Origin: Saprolegnia diclina VS20
Lineage: Eukaryota
Length of the DNA stretch: 60,359 bases
Reading direction: 5' to 3'
NCBI RefSeq assembly: GCF_000281045.1
Contig: NW_008246120.1
Location: 1 to 60,359 of the forward strand
Part shown: one piece after another, positions 10,668-21,881 of the stretch
Numbering within the stretch: position 1 is the stretch's first letter
Layout of the letters: every line of letters begins with the position of its first letter
Made by a program: the position numbers and the translations under genes
Notes under the pieces: model-generated
Databases searched by the model: none
Seen by the model: only the letters and a program-made list of their open reading frames with translations
What the model was told of the DNA's origin: nothing

Positions 10668-12653
10668 ATGGGCTACAACAACCCGACGGCGACGCAAGGC
10701 GCTGAAGTCTTCGAGCTCGACGTCGACGTCAAGGAAAAGGTCCTCATGGTCACGTCCTGGCACATGCGCCAACTCGTCCTTACACGCCAAACACTCGAAG
10801 TCCTCGGCGACAAGAAGCCGCTCTTGACGGCCGGCGCTGCCCACTGCTCTGTGCGGCTTCTCGAGTGCGTGGACCCAACGCGCGCATATCCATTCGAGAT
10901 TCTTGTGCACGACAAGGTCAAGCTTTCGTGCAACGCAGCGAGCGGCTCGCTGCGTGACGCGCTCATCACGCGGCTGGAAGCCATCGCGCTCGGCCAACCG
11001 TGGCCGTCGACAACCAGCGACGCCTACAGCGCGTTTCTTGGCGTTGCCCGCGCGCTCAACGAAAGCGTGCCAGCGACCACGGTGCCGCGCACCAACATCA
11101 CGATCGACGACGTCTTGGCACACTTGGCAGAGATGCGCGGTATCTACGAGATCGCGTCGTCGATGCCGAGCATCGAGGACCTCTACGCGTTCTTCCTGGA
11201 CCTCGAGAGAGACTACGTGGAGGGCGACCGTAACTTTGCGCATACGGTGCACGTGCTCCACCCGCTCAAGTACCAGCGCGGCCGCACCGACGGGCAGCCA
11301 CTGGCCGACCTTGTCCGCGCGTGTCCGCACACGCATTGCCGGCGGTCGTTGCCCCTTCCGCTCGCGTACCGCATGCACATTCTCGGTGACGCAATCGTGT
11401 GTCCGTCGTGCCAATGCGGTGTCTTGTATGAAACGTATTCGATCGCAGCGTTCGTGGCCGCGCACCCGTTCTTTCCTGTGCCGGGAAGAGTGATCAACGG
11501 TCCACCGGCGCTCGACGTCGCGATGCCACCGACGCCATCGGACGGCACATGGAAGGCGTACATTGACGACGTCAAGAGCGCAATCGTCGAGGTCGCGTCA
11601 CAAGGGACGCGGCCGGCGATCCAGCGCGTGCGCAAGGACATTCGCGCTGCGATTCAAGCGACCCGACAGACTCGCAGCCTCGGTCTCTTTGCCATGGACT
11701 TGGTCCAAGGCATGTTTCGACAACTCGACTTTATCGCAAAAATCGTTGTGCACTACGAGTACTGGGCGCACCCCGACGTGCTCTTGGCGTCGATTGCGCG
11801 CTACGAGAAGTTTCTGCACCTCATGGTTCTCAAGGAGTCGAGCGATGTGCTCGTGCCCACGTCCGACATTGACCTTGTGTGGCATACGCACCAAACCCAT
11901 CACAAGGACTACGTCGCGTTCACACGTCGGTTTTGCCATCGCCTCATTGACCATGACGACACGATCGGCGGCGGCGACCTTGCCACGGGCTACGCCAAGA
12001 CCTTTCTGCTCTGGTCCAAGACATACCGCGAGCAGTACTCGTCGTTCCCGCCGAGCTACACTGCGTGGAGTAAGGGCATGTCGCCGTACCCGGTGTTTCC
12101 AACTTTGCGTCAAAAGACGTGGGCCAAACACGGCCGCCTGCCGTCGACGGCAAATCGCTACGTGGGCGTCAACGAAGCCTACCCGATCGACGCGCTCCCG
12201 TATGCCACTGCGATCCACGACGTTATCAAGCCCGAGGGGGTCGTCGACGAGGTGCCCGTGTACGTCACGGTCATCGGAACACCCGTCATGGACGGCCGCG
12301 TCCGCCACCCGTATGCGCGCATCACGCTGCTCATGTACGAAGGCCGCCTGCCATACTACTACATGCCCTACGTCTTTGTCGGCGGCTGCGGTGGCTTTGG
12401 CGCCACGGGCGGCTGCGGCACGTCCGACTCTGTCTTTCCCGGTGACTCTGGCGGGGGCTGTGGTGCCAGTGGCGGCTGTGGTGCCTCTGGTGGCGGCTGT
12501 GCTACCGGCGGGGGCTGTGCATCTGGTGGCGGCTGCGCAACTGGCGGCTGCGGCTCGAGTGGCGGCGGTGGCTGTGGTGCGAGCAGCGGTGGTGGCGGCT
12601 GCGGTACAAGCAGCGGCGGCGGTGGCGGCTGTGGTAGCTCCTCGACGACCTAG
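10668..12653 (+). CDS. Glycine-rich domain-containing protein (GRDP/DUF1399-like) with Gly-Cys tail
   Basis: DLVQGMFRQLDF...RYEKFLHL...LVPTSDIDLVWHTHQ...IDHDD is the GRDP/DUF1399 core; C-terminal (GGC[G/A]) repeats; internal CPHTHC...CPSCQC motif. Confidence 0.8.
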   Translation: MGYNNPTATQGAEVFELDVDVKEKVLMVTSWHMRQLVLTRQTLEVLGDKKPLLTAGAAHCSVRLLECVDPTRAYPFEILVHDKVKLSCNAASGSLRDALITRLEAIALGQPWPSTTSDAYSAFLGVARALNESVPATTVPRTNITIDDVLAHLAEMRGIYEIASSMPSIEDLYAFFLDLERDYVEGDRNFAHTVHVLHPLKYQRGRTDGQPLADLVRACPHTHCRRSLPLPLAYRMHILGDAIVCPSCQCGVLYETYSIAAFVAAHPFFPVPGRVINGPPALDVAMPPTPSDGTWKAYIDDVKSAIVEVASQGTRPAIQRVRKDIRAAIQATRQTRSLGLFAMDLVQGMFRQLDFIAKIVVHYEYWAHPDVLLASIARYEKFLHLMVLKESSDVLVPTSDIDLVWHTHQTHHKDYVAFTRRFCHRLIDHDDTIGGGDLATGYAKTFLLWSKTYREQYSSFPPSYTAWSKGMSPYPVFPTLRQKTWAKHGRLPSTANRYVGVNEAYPIDALPYATAIHDVIKPEGVVDEVPVYVTVIGTPVMDGRVRHPYARITLLMYEGRLPYYYMPYVFVGGCGGFGATGGCGTSDSVFPGDSGGGCGASGGCGASGGGCATGGGCASGGGCATGGCGSSGGGGCGASSGGGGCGTSSGGGGGCGSSSTT

Positions 12654-12741
12654 TTCTACAAACGCCACAAGTCCTTATATAACCCTTTGACTGCAACTCG
12701 ATTCTATTTCATTTCTATGGTGCAATACGTCATGTTCTCGC

Positions 12742-14133
12742 TTATGCATGAAAGGACGTGCGTCGCTTGGCCGCAAACCAATAGGCGATCGCCCACGCAA
12801 GGATGGCCCAGCCGAGCCAGCAGTAGGCGAACCCTAGCGTAGCGCGCAGGCCGGCAAAGTCGAAATGACAATTCGGGTTGAGTACATCGGATCCGTGCGC
12901 GTCGAGAACGCTGCCGCAGTGCGGCGCCCAGACGTCTTTCAACGCCCCAAGCACCACGCCGGCAGGGACATCGCCGAGGACGTGCGTGAGCAGCGTGTTG
13001 AGGCCCATGGCATACCCGCGCTGCCCATACGACACGCTGAGCAAGATGAGCACCGTCGACGGCGCCGACGCTGAGAATGCAAGCACGAGACCGAGGAACA
13101 GGAAACCCAAGACCAGCATCCGGTTGTTGCCGATGCAGGCGAGCGAGAGAAAGAGGAGCCCGGTGCTGGTAACCGCGACGATCAGCAGCTGCGACGCTGC
13201 GACGCGCTGCCGGACGCGGTCATCGAGTTCGTGGCCGCGACAGGACAGGTCCAAGAGATGCCCGCCGATGAGAGGTCCGAGGAGGCCAGCGCCAACGACG
13301 ATCGCACCGACGGCGGAGGCCGCATAGGTCGCGTCAAGGACACCCATGCCAATGTATAAGACGGGCGCAAACGTTGCGAGGCCGTCCAGCGTAAACGAGA
13401 GGGCGGCGCTGCCCAAAGACGACGTGAGAAAGAGCGGACTCTGTAGGATGCACAGAGTCTGCTGCACAAAGGTGGTCGGTGCGCGCTCTGCCTTTTCCAG
13501 AAGCGGCGACGCTTCTTGCGGGGCGTCGCCCAGCGGGCAGTTGAGCGCTGGCGGGATGCACGTGTAGCACGCGACGGCGAGCGGCAGCGCGAGCACTGCG
13601 ATCGTATAAAAACCAACATCCCAGCCCACGCTGGCCGCGACAATTGAGCCAAACGAAAAGCCGACGGCCTCGCCGATCGGCGCTGCGGCGTAGAAGAGGC
13701 CCAGCCACCGCGTGCGCTGGCTCGGGTTCGCAAAGGCGTCGATGAAGCCCGGCGCGGTGGCTTGAAACGACGCCTCGCCAATGCCCGAGACGAGCCGACC
13801 AGCAAAGAGGAGCGGAAAGCTACCGAGCGTCTTGGCCAGACCGCAGCAAGCGAGCGCGACGATCCAGATCGAGAGGCCGATCGCCGTGAGCGTAAACGGC
13901 GCATGGGTGGTGGCGAGGTGGCCAAAGAGACACACAAAGACCGAGAAGGACGCAATGAACGAGGTTTGGAGCACGCCGACGTAGACGCTGACGCTGGCAC
14001 CGGCCTGCGTCGTCGCTTGGACGAACCCTTGAAACTCAATCGGCGCGCCCGGGATAAGCCCTCGGTCGACAAAGTTGAGAAAGTTGATGGCACATACCAG
14101 CACCAGAATCGCGCGGACGCTGAGCTCGACCAT
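12742..14133 (-). CDS. Spinster-like MFS transporter, copy 5
   Basis: 463 aa; INFLNFVDRG, GRLVSGIGEASF, HVLGDVP and WAPHCG...NPNC motifs. Confidence 0.9.
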   Translation of the reverse strand: MVELSVRAILVLVCAINFLNFVDRGLIPGAPIEFQGFVQATTQAGASVSVYVGVLQTSFIASFSVFVCLFGHLATTHAPFTLTAIGLSIWIVALACCGLAKTLGSFPLLFAGRLVSGIGEASFQATAPGFIDAFANPSQRTRWLGLFYAAAPIGEAVGFSFGSIVAASVGWDVGFYTIAVLALPLAVACYTCIPPALNCPLGDAPQEASPLLEKAERAPTTFVQQTLCILQSPLFLTSSLGSAALSFTLDGLATFAPVLYIGMGVLDATYAASAVGAIVVGAGLLGPLIGGHLLDLSCRGHELDDRVRQRVAASQLLIVAVTSTGLLFLSLACIGNNRMLVLGFLFLGLVLAFSASAPSTVLILLSVSYGQRGYAMGLNTLLTHVLGDVPAGVVLGALKDVWAPHCGSVLDAHGSDVLNPNCHFDFAGLRATLGFAYCWLGWAILAWAIAYWFAAKRRTSFHA

Positions 14134-14386
14134 GCCACCGCGCCGTTTCGGATTTGCGATCTTTGATCGAGTGTAACGTATGTATCAATATATCAAGCAG
14201 GCCCACGCCAGATCAACCCAGACCTCAAAGACGATGACCCTGTATTCAATGATGCACCAAAACCGCGGTTGCAGTCCTAGAAACCTAACCTACTATTTGC
14301 ACTACGATCCAACGATGGACATCTACATGATACAAACCTACTCTACTCGTACTTGTTTACGGCGACGGCGGCGATCGAGAAGGACT

Positions 14387-15838
14387 TTAGCAGTCGTTGT
14401 ACGTTGGCGTTTGGGGCATGGTCATCATTTCGCCATCGATGTCAGCGTCCGCCCGCGTCGTGCGGGCACGCGCCAAGTAGTACGTCGCGCCCCAAAAGAG
14501 GACGGCCCACAGTAGCCAGCCGTAGGCAAACGCAAGCGTCGCGCGGAGACCGGTTGCATCCAAATGGCAATTCGGGTCGAGCACGTCGGAGCCGTGGACG
14601 TCCACGACGCTACCGCAGTGCGGTGCCCAGTGATCTTTGAGCGCACCAATGACGACGACGGCGGGGACGTCGCCGAGGAGGTGCATGAGCAGCGTGTTGA
14701 GCCCGACGGCGTAGCTGCGCTGGCTCCACTTGACGCTGAGGAGCACGACCGTCGTGAGCGGCGCTTGGGACATGAGCACGCACATCAGCCCCAGCAGGAT
14801 GAGCGCTAACACGACGATCGGTGGTCCGTTCAGCGCGCACATGGAGAGAAAGAGAAGGGCTACGCCGAGGCTCATTGAGATAAGCATCTGCAGCGCGGCT
14901 TTTCGAAGTCGAAAGTGGCGGTCGTCTTCGCGGCCGCGGCAGCTGCGGTCGAGGAGGTAACCGCCGAGGAGCGCACCCGTGAGACTGGAGACGACAACGA
15001 TGCCACCCATGGCGGTCGAGGCCAATGAGACATCGAGGACACCAAGCCCGATGAAGAGGGCGGGCGCAAACGTCGAGAGCCCACCGATTGTGAACGCATA
15101 CGCCGCCCAGCCGAGCGTCGCCGTGACAAAGATCGGGTTGCAGAGCACTTGCCACGTTGTGCGCCAGTACGAGGTCGTTGCCGACGGCAAGAGCGAATCT
15201 TCGTTCGGCGGGCAGTCCGGCGATAGCGTCGGCTTGTTGAGCTCATGGGGCACGAAATGGTAGCAAGCGTGGACAAGTGGGAGGGCGAGGATCGCCGTGA
15301 GGTAGTACCCGACGTCCCATCCGACGCTTGCGGCCAGAAGCGCACTCACGGAGAAGCCAATGGCCTCACCGACAGCGACGAGGGCGAAGAAGGCCCCGAG
15401 CCACAGTGTTCGCTTGGCGGGTGGTGCGAACGCGTCAATGAACGCCGGCGCGGTCGCCTGGAACGACGCTTCGCCGATGCCCGAGATGAGGCGGCCGACG
15501 AGGAGCACGTAAAAGCTGTTGAGCGGCTTGGCGAGTGCGCAGCAGACGAGGGCGAGAAGCCACACTGAGAGGCCGAGCGCCGTCAGAAAGAACGGGCGCT
15601 GCGTGCGCGAGAGGTAGCCAAAGACGCACACAAAGACAGAGAGCGACCCGATGAACGACGTCTGGAGCAGCCCAATGTAGACGCTCACGTGGCTCGATGA
15701 CACGTTGTGGGCCGATTGCACAAACGCTTGAAACTCGATCGGCGCGCCCGGGATAAGGCCGCGGTCAAAGAAGTTGAGAAAGTTGATGGCGCAGAGCATC
15801 ACGAGCACCTGCTTGGCGCTGAGCTGCAGCGTCGACAT
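14387..15838 (-). CDS. Spinster-like MFS transporter, copy 6
   Basis: ATG at 15838 (MSTLQLSAKQVLV); INFLNFFDRG, GEASF and HLLGDVP motifs. Confidence 0.9.
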   Translation of the reverse strand: MSTLQLSAKQVLVMLCAINFLNFFDRGLIPGAPIEFQAFVQSAHNVSSSHVSVYIGLLQTSFIGSLSVFVCVFGYLSRTQRPFFLTALGLSVWLLALVCCALAKPLNSFYVLLVGRLISGIGEASFQATAPAFIDAFAPPAKRTLWLGAFFALVAVGEAIGFSVSALLAASVGWDVGYYLTAILALPLVHACYHFVPHELNKPTLSPDCPPNEDSLLPSATTSYWRTTWQVLCNPIFVTATLGWAAYAFTIGGLSTFAPALFIGLGVLDVSLASTAMGGIVVVSSLTGALLGGYLLDRSCRGREDDRHFRLRKAALQMLISMSLGVALLFLSMCALNGPPIVVLALILLGLMCVLMSQAPLTTVVLLSVKWSQRSYAVGLNTLLMHLLGDVPAVVVIGALKDHWAPHCGSVVDVHGSDVLDPNCHLDATGLRATLAFAYGWLLWAVLFWGATYYLARARTTRADADIDGEMMTMPQTPTYNDC

Positions 15839-16591
15839 GCGCGGCGTTGTGCAATTGTGGTTGTGGCCAGCACCCAAGTGGCGGCAGACCCTGCACGCGG
15901 TTGCTCGGAGGATTGTATGCGAAATAATGGCGCCAGGCCATTGGCTGGTACTTTTTGAAATCGCTTGTGATTGGCTGGCTCACTGTCGGGATCCAAGGAA
16001 ATCGCCGGTGGCATCGATGCGACCCGAGCACAACCACCCTTGCGACCATCTCGTGCTCCAACACGCATGACGACGCTTGCATGCTTGCAAGCAGCAGCAG
16101 CACCACCATCTCTCTCGCTGCGCCGTTTTGCTATCAATACCTAACGCGCTCGGTCGAGTGATCAAAACCAGGTCCGGCGCGCTTCTTCCTTGAAGCAGCG
16201 AGGAAGCTGACCAACGGCTTTCTCTTCCCGCAGCGCAAGAAAGGCCCGTAGTCGCAGGCGACATTTATAGCGCCGTCCAGACGCCGGACCATCGAACGTC
16301 TTGGAGATGTCGGCGTCGTGCACCGACAGGCCAAAACTCTCCCAACAACAATGTGTTTAAAAACACGCAACTCTCATCGCGATCGTCGCGACAGCCTCCA
16401 ATGCACTGTGCCTGCTGCCATAGCGCACGACGACACACTATAGTTAAAGAAGGGTCTATACACTGTTTATATAGACCCTTGATTCTAGTACGGGTAGCAC
16501 AGAATGCGATGGCGACGCACGTGGTTTTCGGCAAAATGCGCAGCGTCTTCGGCCACGCAACCATGTTTTCTGGCGCGGCAAGAGCCTCTGG

Positions 16592-18123
16592 CTACAGCTC
16601 AACTTGGTTGAACGCTTCGTCGCCGTCCTCGGTAGAGACTAGACGCACCCATGAGCAAACAGCAAGCACGCAAGATGGCACCGGAAAGGGCATCGTCGTC
16701 GTCGTCGTGACGTGTCAAGATACTCGAACGTTCGCCCAAGATCGACCACACCTTGTCGTCCGGTCGTGCACTAAGCCGCTCGAGTGCTCTTCGGAGCTTG
16801 TACAGCTGCTCCTGGTACAGCATCTACACAAGACTGTACCCTGAGTTGACGAGTCCTTTGCACGCATAAAGCGACATGGAGCTCGATTTCTTTCTTCTGA
16901 AAGGCGTCGCGGAGGACATCGACGTCGGTCGGCGCCTCGGTCTGCGTGGCGACAGTCTGCCCCGCTGCGTTCTTATGCGCGCTACTTATTGCACCGCTCG
17001 AGCGCTTTGGCAAGGTCACGTGGCGACAGCGCGACGCAAACTTGAGCGTTGAGAGCGTCTCGGCGAGGTTGGCTGCTGCGCCGTCGACTGTCGCCAGAAC
17101 CAACGTGCTTCCTGCGCGCAGCACGCCTTTGAGCAGCTTGGTCAGCTTCGAGTCACGGTACGACGCCCGCGTGGCGCTCGCCAGTGACGACATGACGTTG
17201 CCAAGCGCCGAGAGCGACGAATTGATGCTCTTTGCTTCGAGTAGCCGGGCTTTGGTCGCATCCGGAGCAAAGCCAAGGCTTGGAAGACTGCGCTCCGAGC
17301 CGGCGAGGTCGACGAGGACGAGCTGCGCCGTCGACGTGGTCGTCGACACGGAGATCGTCAGTAGCGAATGACTACGCGAGGACGTGGCATTGCGCGCCGT
17401 CGCCGCAAGCGCACGATTGGCCATCGCCAAGTGCACGAGGCTGCGCTACGCACATGATGTACGCTAAGAAATGATTTATTGCGTGCGTACGGCGTTCTGC
17501 AGCGACGTGACGGCGTGGGCTTCCAAGCCATCGACATAGAACGCACTGTCCCGCTCGCGCACGGGCAAATCTACCAACGACGACGACAGCGGGACGAGCA
17601 GATCCTACAAACGACCGTTGTCGCACGACCCACAAGTAGTCGTCAGTACATGGACGGTCTCCATATAAATCTGGCAAAACGACATGTGCACGCGGTGCGT
17701 TGTCGGCGCAAGCGCATCAAAGAGGTGCTCAAAGACGCGGGGAATGATGCCGAGCTCTGGCGCCGACGACGCCTCGAGAAAGCCCATCGTATACGACTTG
17801 CCCGTGCCGGTTTGGCCGTACGCGAGCACGGCGCCGGACCGCCCCGCGAGCTACGCGCATCGTCTGGCCGCGATAGCGACAGTGCAGTAGCCTACCAAAT
17901 GACCGACGAGCGGCGCAACTGCGTGGTCGTAGACCTGCGCCTGGGATGTCTCCGGCGCCCAGACATGGTCGAACGCAAACGACCGCTGGCCGACGTGGCG
18001 GCTGTGGGCGGGCACGATGTGGATCGCATGTGGCTCGAGCGCCAGCGCATACGAGGCGTCGTACAGCGCGTTGTTGCCGGCAGGCGGTCGACACCGGACG
18101 CCGACCTGGATACGCTCGGCCAT
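16592..18123 (-). CDS. Kinesin motor protein (multi-exon; 3' end uncertain)
   Basis: Spliced exons give [17 protein letters not shown]-loop [52 protein letters not shown] and [11 protein letters not shown]; short GT-AG introns. Confidence 0.9.
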
Positions 18124-18204
18124 GGCTCGTCGTTGCAGAAAGATACCACAGAACAACAAGCGTGATTATAATGCATCCATTATTACGACCCTGGCGCCGG
18201 CCAG

Positions 18205-18834
18205 TTATCCCGACGTAAACTCTCCCCACTCGTCGTCCGCGACGGCCGAGGTCGCGCTCGGGTTGTACGCCGGCGGTGGTGCAAACTTGATGGCCGAGAG
18301 GTCCACAGGCGCCTTGGGCTCCTTGGGCGTCGTCGACACTTGGGTCTTGCCGCCAATCTGGACGCGGATCGTCGCGCCTTCTGGGAGACTCAGGTCCTTG
18401 GCTTCCTTTGTTGCATTTGATGCAACAAACAGTAGCCGCTGCTTGTACCGGCCAAAGTCTTCGAGCGCCGCGCGAAAGTTGAAGGCCGCCGACCGCTCCG
18501 GAAAGCCAACACCAAGGAACGCGCTGCGCTTGCTGGCTTGGTCGACCATGCGGAGCACAAAGTAGCGCGACGAGTCGACGCAGTATTGCACAAAGACGGT
18601 GAGGCTGCGCTCGGCATCAATGTCCACGGGGCACTGGGCAAAGAGGACCGGCAAGTTGTCGCCGACCGCGGGTTCGAAGAGCTGGATGCTGCAGTCGTCG
18701 TTGGTCTGCAGCACCTTGAGCGACGCCGTGAGCAAGGGCTTCTCAATGTCCCAGGCGTCGGCGCGCGGATCGCCCGTGAGCACCGGGATCTGATAGACCC
18801 ACACGGCCTTCTCCTGGAACAGCGTCTGCTCCAT
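18205..18834 (-). CDS. NECAP: Adaptin ear-binding coat-associated protein (NECAP, PHear domain)
   Basis: VWVYQIP...ADAW, VDSSRYFVLR, FLGVGFPERSAAFNF and a C-terminal DDEWGEF WxxF motif. Confidence 0.9.
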   Translation of the reverse strand: MEQTLFQEKAVWVYQIPVLTGDPRADAWDIEKPLLTASLKVLQTNDDCSIQLFEPAVGDNLPVLFAQCPVDIDAERSLTVFVQYCVDSSRYFVLRMVDQASKRSAFLGVGFPERSAAFNFRAALEDFGRYKQRLLFVASNATKEAKDLSLPEGATIRVQIGGKTQVSTTPKEPKAPVDLSAIKFAPPPAYNPSATSAVADDEWGEFTSG

Positions 18835-19311
18835 CGCAAAATGCCAAACCTCTAAAAACGAATAAGATACGCCACCGCAGGACTTGGCTGCGAGACAGGC
18901 GGCAGCGTCTAAAACCACGCACATTGCCGCTCAACTTGGCGTGGCACGCATGATGGCACCCCGTCGATCCATGCCACGAGCTTGGATCAAGGTTCTTCTC
19001 GCCGACTTCTTCGTAGGACCGTGCCAGTGCAATCAAGCGCTAACCGCGCGCGACGACCTGATTCGATCGACGTCCCATGAGCCGCCGCCGGCTGCACTGG
19101 CGGCGCGCATCATCTTGACACATCCTGATACCGTTCTATCCTTCGTCCGCTGTACACGGAAGGCGCTCACGGCACGTCATCTTCCTTTGGGTACTCGAGA
19201 GCGAGCGTGGTGAAAGAGTTGAAGCACAGTAAACGTCCGAAGGCGAAGCTGGTTGCGTGAAATTAGCTTCATCTGTGACACGAAGCGTCGTGTCAGTTTT
19301 CGAGTACTAGC

Positions 19312-20165
19312 ATGGCGAGCAGCGCCGAAAAGGTCGAGCCCGAGACGCCCGAAGTGGACGTGACCGCAACCTCCTACGCGGTACCGACGCCTCACATCGT
19401 CGTAAGAGGCTATGATCTCGCTGCGTAGATCAGCGACCGGGCGCTGGCGACCGTGGACGCGCTCCTGCAGCAAGACATCGACGACCCGAGTCTGCAGCGC
19501 TACAAGGCCACGTTGCTCGGCGCCGCGGCTACGGGCGATCTTGGCGGTACGAAGATATCGGCAAAGAGGTATCTAGGGCGTTGCATGGCTAGACGTCAAC
19601 GACACGCGTGGAGTCGTCGTCGACGAGTTCAAGGTTTGCTTGGTCATCGCGGTGGCTATTGACGTTGGATGGCAGGTGATCTTCGAAGACGGTCGGCAAG
19701 AAATTAGCCACCGATGCGACACGGCAAGTGGACTCGCGCACCTCGAGGCGACGCCATTCGTCATGGAAGAAGGGGCGAAATATAAATTCGCGATCCGGTT
19801 CCGGGTCAACCACAACATTGTGAGCGGTCTCCGCTTCCAGAACAAGGTCCGCAAGCACCTTGTGTCGGCAAAGGAGGACGTTGTCCTTGGCTCGTACGCG
19901 CCGCAGTCGACAGGGTACGACTTTCTCTTTCCGCGTCACGAGTGGTCCGAGGCGCCGTCCGGGCTCTTCTATCGCGGCAAGTACCGAGCCGAGTGCAAGG
20001 TACGATGTGATCCAGGCATATCCAACGATCAAATGATTAGTTTGTCGACTCGGAAGGCACGGAGCACCTCCACTTTTCGTACAGCTTTGGTAGGCCCCTA
20101 CGCACGAATGACCAGCGCTCGTTATTCACTAGTACTCGTTTGCAATAGATATCAAGAAGGCGTAA
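19312..20165 (+). CDS. RhoGDI: Rho GDP-dissociation inhibitor (multi-exon)
   Basis: DPSLQRYKATLLG, FVMEEGAKYK..IRFRVNHNIVSGLRF, LGSYAP, EAPSGLFYRGKY and final exon DIKKA*. Confidence 0.88.
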
Positions 20166-20409
20166 TTTCAACAATTCAATCACGACACGAACGACTGTCT
20201 TTCGTCATAGACTATAAAAACGGTCTGTGGCCATGACATGATGCGTGCGTTGTGATTCTGCCACGTCATTTTACTATCACCTATCACCCCGCCGCCGTAC
20301 ACGGCAGTTTTGCCCGTTTGCGATGCGTGTTGGTGCGACGCTAGTAGAGTGGACAAGTGGCATTTATGGTTATAAACAATTGCGTAAATATTCTTTGTGG
20401 GATGATGAT

Positions 20410-21027
20410 TCACCGAGATGCCCACCGCTCTGAAGCTGTGTACATGGACGTGCACAAAAGTACAATGAGCGCCAAGTCGACACCGGGCGAGACGTCCAAG
20501 AAGACGTAGCCGCCGTCACTGAACGACCAATCTTTGCGCCACTTTGCGATCGGCCGGCTGTTGCAGTAGAGAACGACCCACGTTCCAGCACCACCAGTGG
20601 CCGCGAAAACACGGAGCTTCTTCGAGACAACGTCCTGAAATTCGCACTTGAGCTCGACGTTGCCCAAGGCCGCAGAGACGTCGAAGCGAAGAAGAAACGA
20701 TGTCGCCTTGCCGTGGCCGTTGGTTCGCAGCACGTCGCTGCGTCCGGGCGTGAACGTTCGCGACTCGATCGCTGCGATTTCGGCTCTGGTCGCGTCGCGC
20801 AGGAGCTTGCGGTCGTGCGTTGACCAAAATGAATCGTCAATGATAAAGTACGGCGCGCCCGTGAGCTCGTCTCGGATAATGCACTCGCCAGCGTCGGGAC
20901 GGTGGCGGATCTTGAGGCGTACGGGCTTGGCCAAGACGAACTTGGGGTCCATGGCCGTGATAGGCGTTTTCGGTGGTAAGAGTGCCACTGGCTGCAAGTG
21001 GTCGTAGTCCGACATGCAAGCACCCAT
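20410..21027 (-). CDS. LURP-one/tubby C-terminal-like protein, copy 1, predicted N-myristoylated
   Basis: MGACMS start; PITAMDPKFV; DVSPGVDLALIVLLC C-terminal helix typical of the LURP-one/Tub_2 family. Confidence 0.75.
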   Translation of the reverse strand: MGACMSDYDHLQPVALLPPKTPITAMDPKFVLAKPVRLKIRHRPDAGECIIRDELTGAPYFIIDDSFWSTHDRKLLRDATRAEIAAIESRTFTPGRSDVLRTNGHGKATSFLLRFDVSAALGNVELKCEFQDVVSKKLRVFAATGGAGTWVVLYCNSRPIAKWRKDWSFSDGGYVFLDVSPGVDLALIVLLCTSMYTASERWASR

Positions 21028-21881
21028 GGAGCTGACTGATCGATGTGGACAAACTGGAAATGGATTCACTTGTAAAACGCACACGACAAACAGGCACCGT
21101 GTCCAACTGGTCTTGTCCACTTGCGCGTGTACACGGTAGGCGTGCGTCTGACTTGTCACCACTGCCACCCAAATCCGGTCCAACGTGCAGCATTTGATTT
21201 TCAACCAAGGAGCAGACGAATCACCGAGAGCGTGACTGCGAAAACTACTCGTTGTGGTCAAAGATGGCGTGGCGTCCACAAAAATGATCGAAACGAGCGA
21301 GCAGACAGGGGGCTGACGCAGGAAGCACGCTATCGCAACGAGCCACTCTGGCAAGCAATCTCTGGCCCGGCTCCAGTGGAGACGTTGATTTCCTCGTCCC
21401 GGCACCTCGCGTTTATGAAAAGAAATGCAGGTACTCGTCTGATCGCGTCATCACGCTTGACTTCCACACTTGGTTGCACAAAATACATAGCTCTCGAACA
21501 GTGTCGCCTTGAGATGCACGCAACCGACACTTGGAAAATAGAAAAAGAGCAGGTTTTGGGCGTGAAAAGATCATTCCAACGTGCAGCTCGTACGCGTGCA
21601 TCTCTGGTCTGTATCCAGTAGGTGCGTTCGAGTCTGCAGCCCAAAGAAAGGCCACATCTCTCCGTGGACCGACAAGTTGCTCAAGGGTCGTGAGAGGATT
21701 TGCATTTCGTGCTTTCTGTAGTTTTGCCACGTCATGAGCCACCGCCCTGAGATGATACTACGTACGGAGTACTAGTATACGCTTTGTGCTTGAGACCTTT
21801 TTGATGCATCTTGGAGAGATCAAATAGATTATATTGGAGAAAGGGATTGGAATATGTATGCAAGCATAAATCGTACCCAGC

